Origin: Macrostomum hystrix
Taxonomy: Eukaryota; Animalia; Platyhelminthes
Direction: 5' to 3'
DNA: 64,000 bases
Assembly: GCA_950097015.1 (NCBI GenBank)
Contig: CATNEN010000007.1
Span: 6,200,001-6,264,000 of the forward strand
The notes beneath the pieces are model-generated. The model did no database searches and was not told the origin of the DNA. It saw only the letters and a program-made list of their open reading frames with translations. How positions within the stretch are numbered: position 1 is the stretch's first letter; each line of letters begins with the position of its first letter. The translations under genes and the position numbers were made by a program. Positions 13,141-28,200 of this stretch are shown here, one piece after another.

Positions 13141-16100
13141 TTTTAAATCTGCCTCACTGTCATATTAAATAGAAAGTTATTAATAAATGATAACTGCGTT
13201 GTGTGGTATTAGTAACACACAATATGATTGAATCTGGGGTAACTAAACAGAAGAAAGGGGGTGATACTGAATAAGCATAGAACAGTGCTGCAGAGTTATC
13301 AATCTAGCTCGTAATTCCTCGGTGTGAGGCAGTGCAAGTTGGACGGATTGGGCTATTGCATGGCACGCACTGCTTGCAAGGCCATAGTATTTTTTTCACT
13401 TTCCTCTCATGTGAAATGAATGAAGGCTGTGACTTGTGCCGGGGATTCGGCTGGCGAAAGATTTCGCGGAGCAGATCCGTGATGCCCGGCTCATAGATTC
13501 GGATCTATTCAGAAGCAGCGGGATGCACGCCGGTATCGCATCAAAGAGGATTAAAAAGTTGTCCCTGGCGCAAAGAGATTTTGTGTACTCCAGAGAGTAG
13601 GGAAAACGTGACGATTCTCGCTCGCACGGTTGATCCGTGTAGTATAGCTCGCACCAGAGTGCGCAACGGAAGTTATTAAGCGAGCTCAGTCCAGGCAACG
13701 CAATTAGCACCACTTTTATGCATGGGTAGTGCTATTGGATTAGAATTTCGGCTATTTTATAATAAGAACATGCATGCATGTGCTGATCCTTTCTGAAGTA
13801 ACTTAATTTGGTTGATATTAGCATTAAAAGACTGAATATTACTATAATGATGACCACAATTCTTTTTAATCAGGTCTTGAAAATTTATCTGAATTTCTGA
13901 AAATCAGTGAGAACATTAAAAAAGTAGTAGAAGTTCTGTTTGCACGTACGATATATGAAGGATTGGACCAGGAACAAGGATCAATCTATTGTTTTCTTCT
14001 AACTGAACTTATATTATTTTTTAATTAGTTTTTTTACTAAAAGCATTAGCTTACTTCTTATGTTGTGTCAAAGTTAATAAGGCCTACTCATTTCAAGTCA
14101 AGGTCAAGACGATAGTACGCTCGTTAAGTAAAAACGCCGTTTTTAATTCATTACTAAAACCAAACGTAAATTCTTGTCCATGAACAAAAACAGAAGATTG
14201 GACATTAATTCACATTATAAAAATGATGTATAGCTTCCAGAATGGTAGTTATATATTAAAACCACAAAGCTTACAAAATTCGTTTCATGATCCGTTGGCT
14301 TCAAAAAGGACATTGCAACGACTTTACAGTTTTTTTTAAATGAAAAAGCTAAATAAGATTTTTTTTCGTTCTTATCATAAAAATGATATTGCACTTTATA
14401 AGGTGTAAGGCAACTATTTAGATGCCCTTGATTAATAACATCTTGTTATAGCGTCTAAAATATATGACTAATGATCGGCGGTCGCGGTCAAATCCATTTA
14501 TTTTTCTTAGAAGCAAACTATTGTTTGTGCTGTCGGTGCTCAATGTTTCTGTTACATTTTAAATGATTTGAATAACCACTTGATAGAGAAAACCACAACC
14601 ACTTGAAATTTTAGCTTTTATTGTTTTTGTTTTTACCTTTTTGTTAAGGGACTTACTTTTTTGTTGCTTATTTCTTTAGCACCCTTTCGATATTCTATAA
14701 AAAATGACCATGTCTCCCTCCCATGAGCATGTGCAGGGCCACGGGGCGCAAACAAAGATTAGGAATGAGTATTGTAGCTGAGGTGGGACCCCTTTCAAAT
14801 TTTCCCGCAGTACCTATATTTAGTCATTTAGTCAAAGCCTTCAGCTCAGATGACTTTGTCTTTCGTTGGCAATCTCCTATTTAGTGGTGTTTAGTTATTT
14901 TTATAATGTCCATGCGTCCATGACAAGGCCAAATTCAGGGCCATGCACGGTGCTTCTGATGCCCTGTTTGAGAGCCATCTTAACGAATATCAATGGCGAA
15001 GACTCTTCCTATGGAATACATTCTTCAACTTCGTAATATTTGCTACAGCCTACAGTATTACAGCACTAATTGGACTATAGCCTATTAGGCTAGTAGCCTA
15101 GACACAATTTTGTCTTACAAAAAAAATAAAAAAATGTAAAAATACTTTCACGCTACAAACTTTTAGGCCTACTAAATAAAATAATAGTAGTAGCATATAA
15201 AATAATCAATTCAATTACACACTGAAAACAAGTGTATAAGTAAAGTGATAGAGAAAATAGATGTGGTTGCATGAAATTGTCATGTCCAGATTATGAGTTT
15301 GATCTTAGCTAGATTTTTTTGTAGTGCACTCCTTATGACAGTTTAGTTTAGCATTTATGGAATCAATTACAAAGAGTTAACCTTCTACTGTTCCTTGATA
15401 TATGCATTTATTTTAGTATTAAAGAACTGGTGATCCTTAAGAATTGTTTGATAAAATTCTTATTGTGCAAAAATACTATCACCAAAATTGTTTGTTATAG
15501 GGCCTACTTATAGTTAATCAGCCCACAACATGAAAATGTTTTAAAAAATGTGTATTAGGTTCCTTGTTGTCTAAGATTCAATATGAACCTTTAATTATAT
15601 TAGGCCTAGCAAAATAGGAAAGTTCAATTGCAGAAAGACTGAATGTGGTGGTGCAGAGGTGAAGTGGAGCCAATCAGGGCAAACGAATAAGACAACTTCT
15701 GTCTATTGTCTTTGGAACAGTAAAGCTGCCCAATAAATTAGATATGACAATTTTGCCAAAATTTCAAAAATGTTACTGTAAAAAAATATTGCAACTTTGG
15801 CTGGAGTCTACAAATGATGTAGGGCAGAAGCTTAACTTTGTCTGATAGGTCAGCTATCAAATGTCAATCTGGTAGCTTAGTTGGTTGCCAAAGTGGAGCA
15901 GCCAGTGCTTTAATATATCTTTCATCTGGACATTTAGGCACTGAGTCTCACTGCCTTCTTTCTGGAAAAGCAACTCAAATTTTTGAAGTGGTTGCAGATC
16001 TTTAGCTAAGAATTTTAAAGATATTTGTTCACAAAAAACTTTTTTATTGCCATAGCATTGCTTCTAGCAGCCTTTACATTGATCTCAGAAAACTTTATTA

Positions 16101-17734
16101 AGTAGTGGATATAAGTGAAGTACCTGCTCTACCTTAATGTAGATTGTAAAAAGGCTAAGATTTTTATACCATTAGCTACATGTTATTTTTTGCTCCATAG
16201 CCTAGAATTTATATATTTGCTTCATTTTGACAATGCACAAATTAATGTTTTACTATAGTCACTAAATTCTAGTCGTAGAGACACTATGTGCTACAAAGAA
16301 CATATTTTGAGAATACTCCTGTAGCATTTAGGAAATATAAATTACTTACATAATTGAACTGCTTTTGCAAAATATAATTATTATGACCTAGGCCATTCAA
16401 TTGTTTTTTTCTGTTAATTATTTTATATAAATTCAAAAGCAAATAAAATATTCCACTACTAAATATAGGGATAATAACTTTTACATACTAGCAAATAAAA
16501 GTATTGCGAAGCCAAGGTAACCGGCAGCAATGGCCCATAGTTAACAAATATAGTAGGACTCATTGATTCTTGTAACTATGTAGACCATTAGTTTTGTGGC
16601 CAACTTTTTTTCTTAAGTAAATTTTAATATTTTGTTATTTTGTCTTTGCTGAAATGTATTTTCGTCTATGTAATTTCACAATTACATTTCCAAAGACTAA
16701 TAAATTGTTAAACAAATGTACTATTGTTAAATAGTACATTTTTATACTTTTAGTACTCTCTGGATTGCTTTGGTCTTGCTTAGTCAATCTAATTGTTTTT
16801 AGTTCTTTTATTAATATTTTTGTACAGTTACATTATTTTCGCTTCTAGCGAAGTACATATTAAACAAGAAACACAAAAAATTATTTAGCATATGTTTTTT
16901 AGCCAAATGAAGGTTTATGATATGTAATGATATCAGATGGTTATGTTGTATTATTTTAGTAATCCTACTATAAGTAGCTAGCATAGCAGACAAAGTAGGT
17001 ATCATAAATATTAGAATATATTACTTCTCTAGAAAGTGTTTTAACATCTTTAATAAGAGTATAGTTGCTATTCGATACTTAATTTGCTGGGGGTAGAAAA
17101 TTAAGTTGGCGCCATGGCCTCCCTTTCAGTTCAGTCTGAGCAGCTGTTGGGAGCCCTTTGTGTACAATAGCTGCAGCTGCGCTACTGGCTATAGCCGCAT
17201 ATGGTCTAACTGGGTTTGGTTATAGTTTCTATCTATGGATGAGAGCATAGCGATGGTTACTTATATAAGTTATATAGTTAATCAGACAATATAATACGAT
17301 AGCTTGTATTCATGAAATTGTATGCACTTCTTTAGAACAAATTTGTTGTAAAAAAGCACTAAAATTCTTAGATTTTTTCTATTGATATTTATCGAATGAG
17401 TGCTATCTTCCTGATTACTGACCTGGCCCTTATAACCCACATTGAATCTGGCCTGATGTCACGCAAATCTACACCCACAGGCCAATTCGCTAGCATCATC
17501 TCATCCTGCAGCAACTCCGCGCTATAAAAAATCCCATATCATCAATGCTCCCGATCTTCCCATCCAGTTGCATCAACCTGCTATCCCTGTTAAATCCCTA
17601 TAATTTTGATTATTATTATTCCTACTCACTGTCCTGAGTTTGAGCAGTTCCCAAACTGGTTATTTTAGAATACTAAAACTGTTAACAGTAGAAAGACTGT
17701 TAAGTATTTCAGTATTTCAAATATCCACATTTTC

Positions 17735-17930
17735 TTTTTTTCTGTATCTCCCAAAATATTCAACCAATCGTCATGAGAACCCAGAACTCGGGCTAAAATT
17801 ATCCGCTCTATCCGATGAAACAACAGTCAGAATCACGAGACATCGGCATCGTCGCAGTGCCTGGTGGCAAAAACCACCAATATAGGCATAGTTTTTTCTG
17901 CTCACAAAATCTCATCATGTAATCATGTCT
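17735..17930 (+). repeat. Dispersed repeat: partial copy of the element at 34552-34950
   Basis: Shared blocks TTTTTCTGTATCTCCC, CTATCCGATGAAACAAC, CAGAATCACGA.ACATCG.CATCGTCG, CTGGTGGCAAAA.CCA.CAATATAGGCATA and CATCAT...CATGTC. Confidence 0.7.
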
Positions 17931-19205
17931 TTAAGTGATGCTTTGGTTATTGTGTCGCTATTAACTAAACCGCTATACGCAAGTTTAAGCCGAATATTAT
18001 AGAAAGGCAAATAACTAGCATTGGCACATTTTACAAGGCTGCAAATGAGTCACACGCACCCTTGTCCAGGGTGTAGAAGTTTGTTCTCAAGACTGTCCAT
18101 CTAGTTTGCTAATACTCACTCAGGCTCATTTTTTCTGAGCTCACTATGATTGTCTACAATTAGTCTGGGCTGGGCTAGGGAGTTTGAGGTGAACGGTGGC
18201 AGCTGGATAGTCAGCGCCTTTCCTCTTCCACTGCCGAGCCCCCGTCGTGCGAATTTCGACGACGGAGTAGAAAATTATTTTGTAGCTCAGAAACAATTAA
18301 GTCCCCGGAGGGAGAGAGCAGGAGAACATGCAGGCCCAAATCGGGGTGCGTTATGATGGCGGAGCGGTGTAGTGCCCATGTAAGTTTGCGACTGTGTGTG
18401 TTTTCGCCAGCCACTGTTTTGCGCTTTTTAATAGTTTGCAGATTCTTCATGCAAATTCAAGCAATTTCTGCATTGCTTGAATATGGCAAATAGTGAGCTT
18501 GTGAATGATGTGCATACCTGTATAGGACCGCACGGGGGAACCTTGTTTGTTTGTTATAAATGTCTGGAAAGTGCAGTTACCCTGCTGATATTTTATGGAT
18601 CATAAAAGCTTGTTGCTTAATTGCGTATCGTTTTAAGCAACTGTGTCCTAGTGCTATAGTGCGATCCCGGTCTAAACTAGCAGATATTTGTGCATAGCAG
18701 CAGCAGCAGCGTCTAACTAAGAGACTGGAGTGCGCGAATATTTGCCCCCTCATTGGTCCAATACTCAACGCCAAGTGCATCTTTTTCTCTCTCGCTCTCA
18801 CACACACCGCTCCACCCCATATCCAACGTCTAAAAGTTTTGTATTTTTATGGAACAGCCTTAGTGCAGAAATTCAGGATACACAAAAGTAGCAAAATTTT
18901 AAACAGAATTTAGGCATCTTGTTTTCATCTAGAATAAAATAAGTCACATAATAAACAAAATGGCAACTGACTGGCGTCAGCAGCAGCGTAGCCAAACATC
19001 GCCTCCCTGCACCCTCGCTTACAGGCTCCGACGATCGGTTTCGTCCGATCGAGCCTATCGAACTGTTCGCTTCGCCGCGGCTGTCTACATCGACGACCAG
19101 ACAGCCGATTCTAGGCAACTGAAAAATCAGCGGCAGCAGCAGCAGCTCTCTGTTTTTGGCAGTCTGCCACGCGGCTTCTCACTAACAGGCATCAACGGCT
19201 TTGCC

Positions 19206-22200
19206 ATGTCCTCCAACCTTCAGCAGCTGCAACAGCAGCACTCTTTGAGTTCTGTCGGAGCCTCTTCAGACGCTGCCACAGCAGAGTTCATTGCGGCAGT
19301 TCAAAGGGGCGACGTGCCATCAGTGCTGACGCTGCTAGGTCGGACTGCGCCGCAACATCCAAATAGTGAGTTGGCAAAGCTCTTCTCCCTGTTGCTTGTG
19401 TCCGTTTGTCTGTCCCAACTAAATGCTCTTTTCTGTCCCAACTCTCTGTTCTTGTCTGTCCTGAATCCCTGTTCTTGTCTGTCCTGAATCCCTGTTCTTG
19501 TCTGTCCCAACTCCCTGTTCTTGTCTGTCCTAACTATCTGTTCTTGTCTGTCCCAACTAAACGCTCTTTTCTGTCCCAACTCTCTGTTCTTGTCTGTCCT
19601 GAATCCCTGTTCTTGTCTGTCCCAACTCTCTGTTCTTGTCTGTCCCAACTACCTGTTCTTGTCTGTCCTAACTCTCTGTTCTTGTCTGTCCTAACTCTCT
19701 GTTCTTGTCTGTCCCAACTACCTGTTCTTGTCTGTCCTAACTCTCTGTTCTTGTCTGTCCTAACTATCTGTTCTTGTCTGTCCTAACTATCTGTTCTTGT
19801 CTGTCCTAACTCTCTGTTCTTGTCTGTCCCAACTACCTGTTCTTGTCTGTCCTAACTCTCTGTTCTTGTCTGTCCCAACTACCTGTTCTTGTCTGTCCTA
19901 ACTCTCTGTTCTTGTCTGTCCTAACTCTCTGTTCTTGTCTGTCCCAACTACCTGTTCTTGTCTGTCCTAACTCTCTGTTCTTGTCTGTCCTAACTCTCTG
20001 TTCTTGTCTGTCCCAACTCTCTGCTCTTGCCTGTCCTAATTCCCTGTTCTTGTCTGTCCCAACTCTCTGTTCTTGTCTGTCCCAACTCCCTGTTCTTGTC
20101 TGTCTCAACTTCATGTTCTTGTTTAAACTTTGCCCTACCATTTTGTCTGCCTTTTCATTTCACAGGATATCCCTTGAACTCGTCGGCTCCTAAGATCAAC
20201 GTTAACACTCAGCTAAAGAATGGGTAAGCTGCCTTTGCTGTGTACTTTTTCCAGTATGCTATTACCATTGCATTATAGTGTACCAAGTCAAGCTTTTGCG
20301 CCAAGTTCTTGCTATCCTGCTATTTTCTACTGAAAGTAGCATGATGAAAGCTTTTCAAAGCTTTCGGATTTAAGAAACGAAAAATGAATTATATTTTTTA
20401 GTTCTAAACTATTCTGATGCAATCATTCAACAACGATTACGAGCTATCAATCGAACAATTATCTACCCTATCATTCTAGATATCTGTCTCTATCATTCTA
20501 GATATCTGTCTCTATCATTCTAGATATCTGTCTCTATCATTCTAGATATCTGTCTCTATCATTCTAGATATCTGCCTCTATCATTCTAGATATCTGTCTC
20601 TATCATTCTAGATATATGCCTCTATCAATATAGATATCTGCCTCTATCAATATAGATATCTGCCTCTATCAATATAGATATCTGCCTCTATCAATATAGA
20701 TATCTGCCTCTATCAATATAGATATCTGCCTCTATCAATATAGATATCTGCCTCTATCAATATAGATATCTGTCTCTATCAATATAGATATCTGCCTCTA
20801 TCAATATAGATATCTGTCTCTATCAATATAGATATCTGCCTCTATCAATATAGATATCTGCCTCTATCAATATAGATATCTGCCTCTATCAATATAGATA
20901 TCTGCCTCTATCAATATAGATATCTGTCTCTATCAATATAGATATCTGCCTCTATTGCCAGTGGGTTCTCTAAAAAAGTCCCCGACCTAGCATTTGTTCA
21001 GTTTTCTCATAGTTTTATCTAGGCACCAAGGCTAACTGCGCATTAAGATTTCTTAATCTTCCATCTTTTCTGTGTCCATTGTTATTACAATCGTCATTTG
21101 CGTCCGACCTCTAACATACTGTAGCATGCTAGTCATAGTGCCGACTAGTGATTGATTGTTAATATTTGCATGCAACTGATCCGGTTGCCAAGTACCTGAG
21201 ATTTCTTGTGTTTAGAAGGTGTTCCGGGCTAATGAAGAAATTATGTGTGATTGATCGATGGACGTGGAAATATATTTGCAAGGGTCAGTGTATATTATAA
21301 TCAACACCTAGTTAGTGATTTATTACAGATATTTTAGTGTGAATTCAAAGTGAAACCAGACAGCTCAATTAGGCTTATCAAAGTGAGACCAGAAAAATAT
21401 CTCAGTCATCAGTGTTTGATCAGTAAATCATCTCCAGGACTCAAAGCTAGCTTCTTTTGTGTTCCCAAAGAAGAACAAATACGCTCTCTTGGGTTGCTTT
21501 GTACTAACTGGATATGATTTCTTTGCTTAGTTAAAAGTGCATGGATCCCGTGTTCAAATAAATCGGTTTTTATTGCGTATTTAAGCGATTCTAAACATTC
21601 TAAAAATGTATTAGGCGATTAAATTGTACATTTTTTACTGTAGGTAAGGACTGTGGTCTGAGTTTGAGGTGTCATAAATTGAATTATTTAATAAGTAATA
21701 TTTAATAATTGAGCAATCTACTTAAGATCTCATGAGCAATCTACTTAAGATCCCATGAGCAATCTACTTAAGATCCCATGAGCAAGCTACTTAAGATCCC
21801 ATGAGCAATCTACTTAAGATCCCATGAGCAAGCTACTTAAGATCCCATGAGCAAGCTACTAAAGATGCAAAGAAAAGTGTATTAAAAATGCTGTTCATAA
21901 TTGACTGCAATCCTAATCATTGTCTTTCCTTAGACACAGCATCCAATAGGCCCCTGGGGGCTATTAAAGCAGCAAATTTTTTTCGCTTCCAGAGAGCTGG
22001 CCTCGTCCAGCCTGCTTGTAGCACTGGAAAGCCATTTTTCCACTGCTTGCTTCTGCTCTCTTTCTGTCCTGCCCCCGGTTCGCAGATTCAGCAAAAAGTG
22101 CAGAACAGTCGCAACGATGCGCTTCCTTCTCCATGTTTTTTCTCTCTTATCTATTCGGCCTCGCGCTTCTCTGTGGAATTCGAGCAGAAGTCGCGGCTCG

Positions 22201-25200
22201 GGAATGCGCCGGATGCGCGAGCCGAGTTCCGATATATTTTTTCTCTGCCTCTTCATGTTGCCGCTGCTCCTGTCGCTAGTCATGTATTCTTCGAGGTCAA
22301 CCAGTCAGTCAGCTCGGCAGATTTAAGGATAATTATCCTACAGACTTACTGCTGCTTCGGCTTGGGAAGTAAATACTGGTACTAGATGAACATAACCCCG
22401 TTGCAGTTGCCCGGTCCATGGACTGAGGGGACGGTGGCAACACCCGCCCGAAAGCTATAGAAAGTCTTACGGGGGAGGTGATTGTCGGTGCGGTTGACAC
22501 TCGCACCAAGGTCCCTGAGCTAGAATCCTGGGTGAGGCCACATTGGGGCGCAGCCGCATAGAGAGCTCGTAGGCTTGTCGCAGAATTGACGCCTATGTGG
22601 GCCAACCTCAAAATGCACAGTGAAAGTGTACACTGCCTGGCGCTGAAAACATCAGAGGGGCAGATGTACACGCCTTAGTACGTGTGTGCTTATGCAAAAT
22701 TTCCTCCTCACTGGTCAATAAAAACAACCACAGACTTTGCTTTGAATCTGAATTAGAAGAGAAGTAGAAAAATACTTAGTCAATTTCGCACTTCGATTGA
22801 CTAATTGCGGTTAGCTTAGCCCCTGTGAGAAAGTCTTTCTCCTTATCGTCCTCGTACTCTGGCCTGTTGAATTGTTCTCAAAGTGTGGCCTATTGTTCTA
22901 GGTAGGCTAATTTATGGAGTTCTTGCTCAACCCAGGCCATCTAGCCCATCTATTAATTCTTAACTATTGCGATGTAACAAGCGATGTATGAAGAAGTCAT
23001 TTTTTAGAGAGAGAAATTGGTGCTACTTGGGAGGGAAATGTGGCTAAGCGCGTCACCTGCAAGTGAGTCGATAGAAAAATGGGAGGAGTTCCACCCAATG
23101 CTTGCACTGGGCAAGGAAGTAGTTGAGAAACAGCAGTAGATTGGGCTTAGGCATGAGGATTTTTGGCACCTTGCCAATTGCTAGACTTGTGAAAAGTTTG
23201 AGCAGGCGGCTCACTTTATACGATGTAGTTTAGCTCCCAGCTTCTTTAAAAATACCTGTCCGTTTGTTGGGCCAAGCTTTCGGTTCGGTTCGAGCGGGAG
23301 ATTGTCAAAACAGACAGTTTTGGTGGGAGAATCGAGGAGTTGTAAACATAGGCGAATTACTGTCTAATCTACGGACACTGGCTTAGTTTTAGAGAGAACA
23401 GGCACACAAACACAGACGCAGAGAGGGCGTGGCAGCTGTGAGCCTGGATGGTCTGGCGAAATTCTCCTGCGCTAGAAAATCTATTCAACTTTTTCTGCCG
23501 TTCTGCCCCACCCGCCACAACCCGACCCCCTAGCTGCCATCAACGCGCGGATCAAGTCGACGCGTGGGATTTCTTTCCCTTCCTCCCCCTTCTATCCTCC
23601 GCTCTATCCACTGTGGCCGAAATCCGAATGACTAGCTGATTGCGGTGCTGCAGTTGTGTGTGCGAGCTGGCGAGTTGGCGGCTTCAATCGTTTCCCGCTT
23701 TATTTTTCTCCCTGGGACACTTGAAGGCGGACTTGTAGAGATGGATTATGGGACTGGCCGTTGGCCCACGGCGGAAAAGGGATGCGAGAGAGAGATGAGG
23801 TTTGGGAAATGACGCTTTGGAGGGAGGAAAGTAGAGGCTTCTGGAAGCCGGTAATCCCTCCCGGGTCTCCCATCGTCCTGTCCTCCGCCAGTCTCCGTCT
23901 CCCTTCGTCCCGCGCACCCTTAATACTGCCCTACTCCCCCTGGGGCACTTTCCTCGCCTTCTCTCCCCCATCTGTCTAGTTTTGCATTCTCGAACCGCTG
24001 CGATGGAGAGAGAGATAGAGAGGCTGAGGGGACAGGGTGAGGGGAGGGTTGGGGGAAATGGGGGAAGGACAACTGCGCTGGGAGACTGGGTGTGAGGAGC
24101 GGACAGGCTGCATTGGGAGAAACTGTTGGACCAATGTGACCCGTTTTCTATATATAAATATATCCGAAACACACACTCACCCAGGCACACACAAGCGCAA
24201 AGCCATATAGGTCATTGTGAGGACCGCTGACTTAAAAGAATCAAAGCTGTCCATTTTGTGATCACATTAATAGGCCTATCACTTTCTATGCAGAAAATCA
24301 ACAAATCAGCAAGGCTTCAGTGATTCAGAGATTATAATTGAGCCTGATAATTCTAACCCGAATCCGCAGTATGTCAGCTCTGCACCAGGCCGCATTCAAT
24401 GGCAACCTGGCCGTCATGCACGTGCTGCTGGAGAACGGCGCCGCTGTGGACCTGCAGGACTCCAGGGGTGAGTCTGGCTTGGGACAACAGCTGATGGACT
24501 GATTGCTTAGGGTAATGGACTGGTGGCTTGTGGTAATGGACTGGATGGTTGGGGTAATGGACTGGTTGCTTAGGGTAATGGACTGGATGGTTGGGGTAAT
24601 GGACTGGTTGCTTAGGGTAATGGACTGGTGGCTTGTGGTAATGGACTGGATGGTTGGGGTAATGGACTGGTTGTTTAGGGTAATGGACTGGATGGTTGGG
24701 GTAATGGACTGGTTGCTTAGGGTAATGGACTGGATGGTTGGGGTAATGGACTGGTTGCTTGGGGTAAAGGACTGCTGGGTTGGGGTAATGGACTGGTGGC
24801 TTAGGGTATTGAATAGCTGACTTGGGTTTATGGACTGGTGGCTTGATGTAATAGTCTGCTGGGTTGGGGTAATGATCTGCTGTGTTGGGGTAAATGATAT
24901 GCTGGGTTGGGGTAATGATCTGCTGGATTGTGGTAATGGACTGGTGGCTTGGGGTAATGGACTGGTGGCTAGTAGTAATGGACTGCTGAATTGGGGTAAT
25001 ACACTGCTGGCTATAGGTAATAGATTGCTGGGTTGGGGTAATGGATTGCTGGGTAGGTGAAATGGACTGCTGGGTTGGGGTAATACACTGCTGGCTATAG
25101 GTAATGGATTGCTGGGTTCGGTTCATCATACCGAATGGTTTTCAGTTGCGCAGGTAACAAACAGCTCACATGTGAGATAGAGCCAGTTTCAACTCTTTGA

Positions 25201-28200
25201 TCATTCACCTTTCCACCTAATCTATGGCTTCTCTTTAGAGTAACTCTAGGGCACAAAGCCAATCAATCTGGTGTCATTCTCAGCTCTATTCAAATGGATT
25301 GTTTGCAGTTACAGTGTTGTCTAGCTGATAAATTATGCATTAGGTATATATATGTGCAGACACATTGGACTAATGCTGAGCTGGGCAAGCAGCCTTATAT
25401 TCTCATTTTACCTCCCGCCGAAATTCATAAAAATAAGTAGCAAATCATAAAGCCAGTTTATTGCCTAATGCCTGCCCCACTCTATCTATGCCAAGCCGAG
25501 TTTCAATTTAGACTGGGATTTCTCAATTTCGGGGGATATTTTTAGCTCAAAAGTTGTTTTTCTTCTGCGGCATCTAGTACATTATTTTTCAATATCTCTC
25601 TCTGATCTCAATTCACTGCAAATTTAATTTGAATTTGATTTCGCCGCCGCGCATTTTATCCAGGCCTGCGACCGTTGCACGTGGCCAGCTTTCAAGGCCA
25701 CTTCGAGGCCGTGCACCTTCTGCTCAAATGGAGCAGCTGCGTCAATTCAGCGGCTCTGGGCGCCCTGACACCGCTGCACCTGGCATGCCAGGCTGGGCAC
25801 TACGATGTGGTGAGTACCGCTGCTGAAAAGTACATTGGAAACCTGCAACTCTAGAATTAGTACAGACACCCACTCACGCTCACCTCACTGACCCGCCTAT
25901 GCTCAGGTGAAACTGCTGTTGTGCAACAATGCCAATCCTATGCTCAGAGCCGACGATGGCCGGTCCGCCTTTGACGTGGCCTGCGAATTCGGGCGCTACA
26001 CTGTGAGTCTACTTCTGATTTCATGCTTTGACTCTAGATTGACCTACTTCTGATTTCATGCTTTGACTCTAGATTGACCTACTTCTGATTTCATGCTTTG
26101 ACTCTAGATTGACCTACTTCTGATTTCATGCTTTGACTCTAGATTGACCTACTTCTGATTTCATGCTTTGACTCTAGATTGACCTACTTCTGATTTCATG
26201 CTTTGACTCTAGATTGACCTACTTCTGATTTCATGCTTTGACTCAAAATTTACATACTTCTGATTTCATGCTTTGACTCAAAATTTACATACTTCTGATT
26301 TCATGCTTTGACTCAAAATTGACCTACTTCTGATTTCATGCTTTGACTCAAAATTGACATACTTCTGATTTCATGCTTTGACTCTAGATTGACCTACTTC
26401 TGATTTCATGCTTTGACTCAAAATTGACCTACTTCTGATTTCATGCTTTGACTCAAAATTGACCTACTTCTGATTTCATGCTTTGACTCTAGATTGACCT
26501 ACTTCTGATTGGTTATGTGGGTCAAAATTGACCTACTTCTGATTTATGTGGGTCAAAATTGACCTACTTCGGATTGGTTATGTGGGTCAAAATTGACATA
26601 CTTCTGATTGGTTATGTGGGTCAAGATTGACCTACTTCTGATTGGTTATGTGGGTCAAGATTGACCTACTTCTGATTGGTTATGTGGGTCAAAATTGACC
26701 TACTTCTGATTTATGTGGGTCAAGATTGACCTACTTCTGATTGGTTATGTGGGTCAAGATTGACCTACTTATGATTGGTTATGTGGGTCAAAATTGACCT
26801 ACTTCTGATTGGTTATGTGGGTCAAGATTGACCTACTTCTGATTGGTTATGTGGGTCAAAATTGACCTACTTCTGATTGGTTATGTGGGTCAAGATTGAC
26901 CTACTTATGATTGGTTATGTGGGTCAAAATTGACCTACTTCTGATTGGTTATGTGGGTCAAGATTGACCTACTTCGGATTGGTTATATGGGTCAAGATTG
27001 ACCTACTTATGATTGGTTATGTGGGTCAAGATTGACCTACTTCTGATTGGTTATGTGGGTCAAGATTGACCTACTTCTGATTGGTTATGTGGGTCAAGAT
27101 TGACCTACTTATGATTGGTTATGTGGGTCAAGATTGACCTACTTATGATTGGTTATGTGAGACCTACTTCTGATTGGTTATGTGGGTCAAGATTGACCTA
27201 CTTCTGATTGGTTATGTGGGTCAAGATTGACCTACTTCTGATTGGTTATATGGGTCAAGATTGACCTACTTATGATTGGTTATGTGGGTCAAGATTGACC
27301 TACTTCTGATTGGTTATGTGGGTCAAGATTGACCTACTTCTGATTGGTTATGTGGGTCAAGATTGACCTACTTATGATTGGTTATGTGGGTCAAGATTGA
27401 CCTACTTCTGATTGGTTATGTGGGTCAAGATTGACCTACTTATGATTGGTTATGTGGGTCAAGATTGACCTACTTATGATTGGTTATGTGGGTCAAGATT
27501 GACCTACTTATGATTGGTTATGTGGGTCAAGATTGACCTACTTCTGATTGGTTATGTGGGTCAAGATTGACTTCTCAAATTAGCCTACAACAAGTCATCG
27601 CCGCCTTAACCTCAAATGCAGATCGTGCAGCTGCTCATGTCGCTGAAGTCGGTCACCGGGCTGCTGTTCGAGGACGCCGAGTTCTATTCGCAGTCGCCTC
27701 AGCGCTCGGTTGCCGATGGCGCCGACTCTGGCTCCGCTGGGCCATTCAAACGGCCCCCGTCCTGCCTGCACCTGGCGGCCAAGAATGGCCACGTGGACGT
27801 GCTGAGGTGAGAACCGCGCAGGTCTCATCGGGTGTGTTATTTCTGCAGCAGTGGGACTAAAGAAAATGGAAATTTTAAACCCTAGAGGGTGCGGCGGGCT
27901 TCGATTCAGAAGAACGAAGATCCATTTTCACCTGAGGACAGAAGGGAGTGGCTCAGATGAAAGAGAAAAACATGCAGTGGCTGACGACCTCTCCAGACCA
28001 TCTCATTTTACCTCCGTTATCCCTCCTCTCCCTCTCCCTCTCCCTTCCCTCGCCCCCTCTTCTCCCCTCTCCCCCTTTCTCCCTTTTCTCTTCCCCTCTT
28101 CTCTCCCTCCCCTAGCCTCGTCTTCCCTCTTCTCCCCCTTTCTCTCACTCCTCTTGCCTATCCTCTTTCCTCTTCTCTTCGCACTCGTCTCTCTCGTATT

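Noticed and set aside
13800-17400. Long AT-rich stretch as a possible mobile element
   Set aside because: No ORF, terminal repeats or internal periodicity that I could support.
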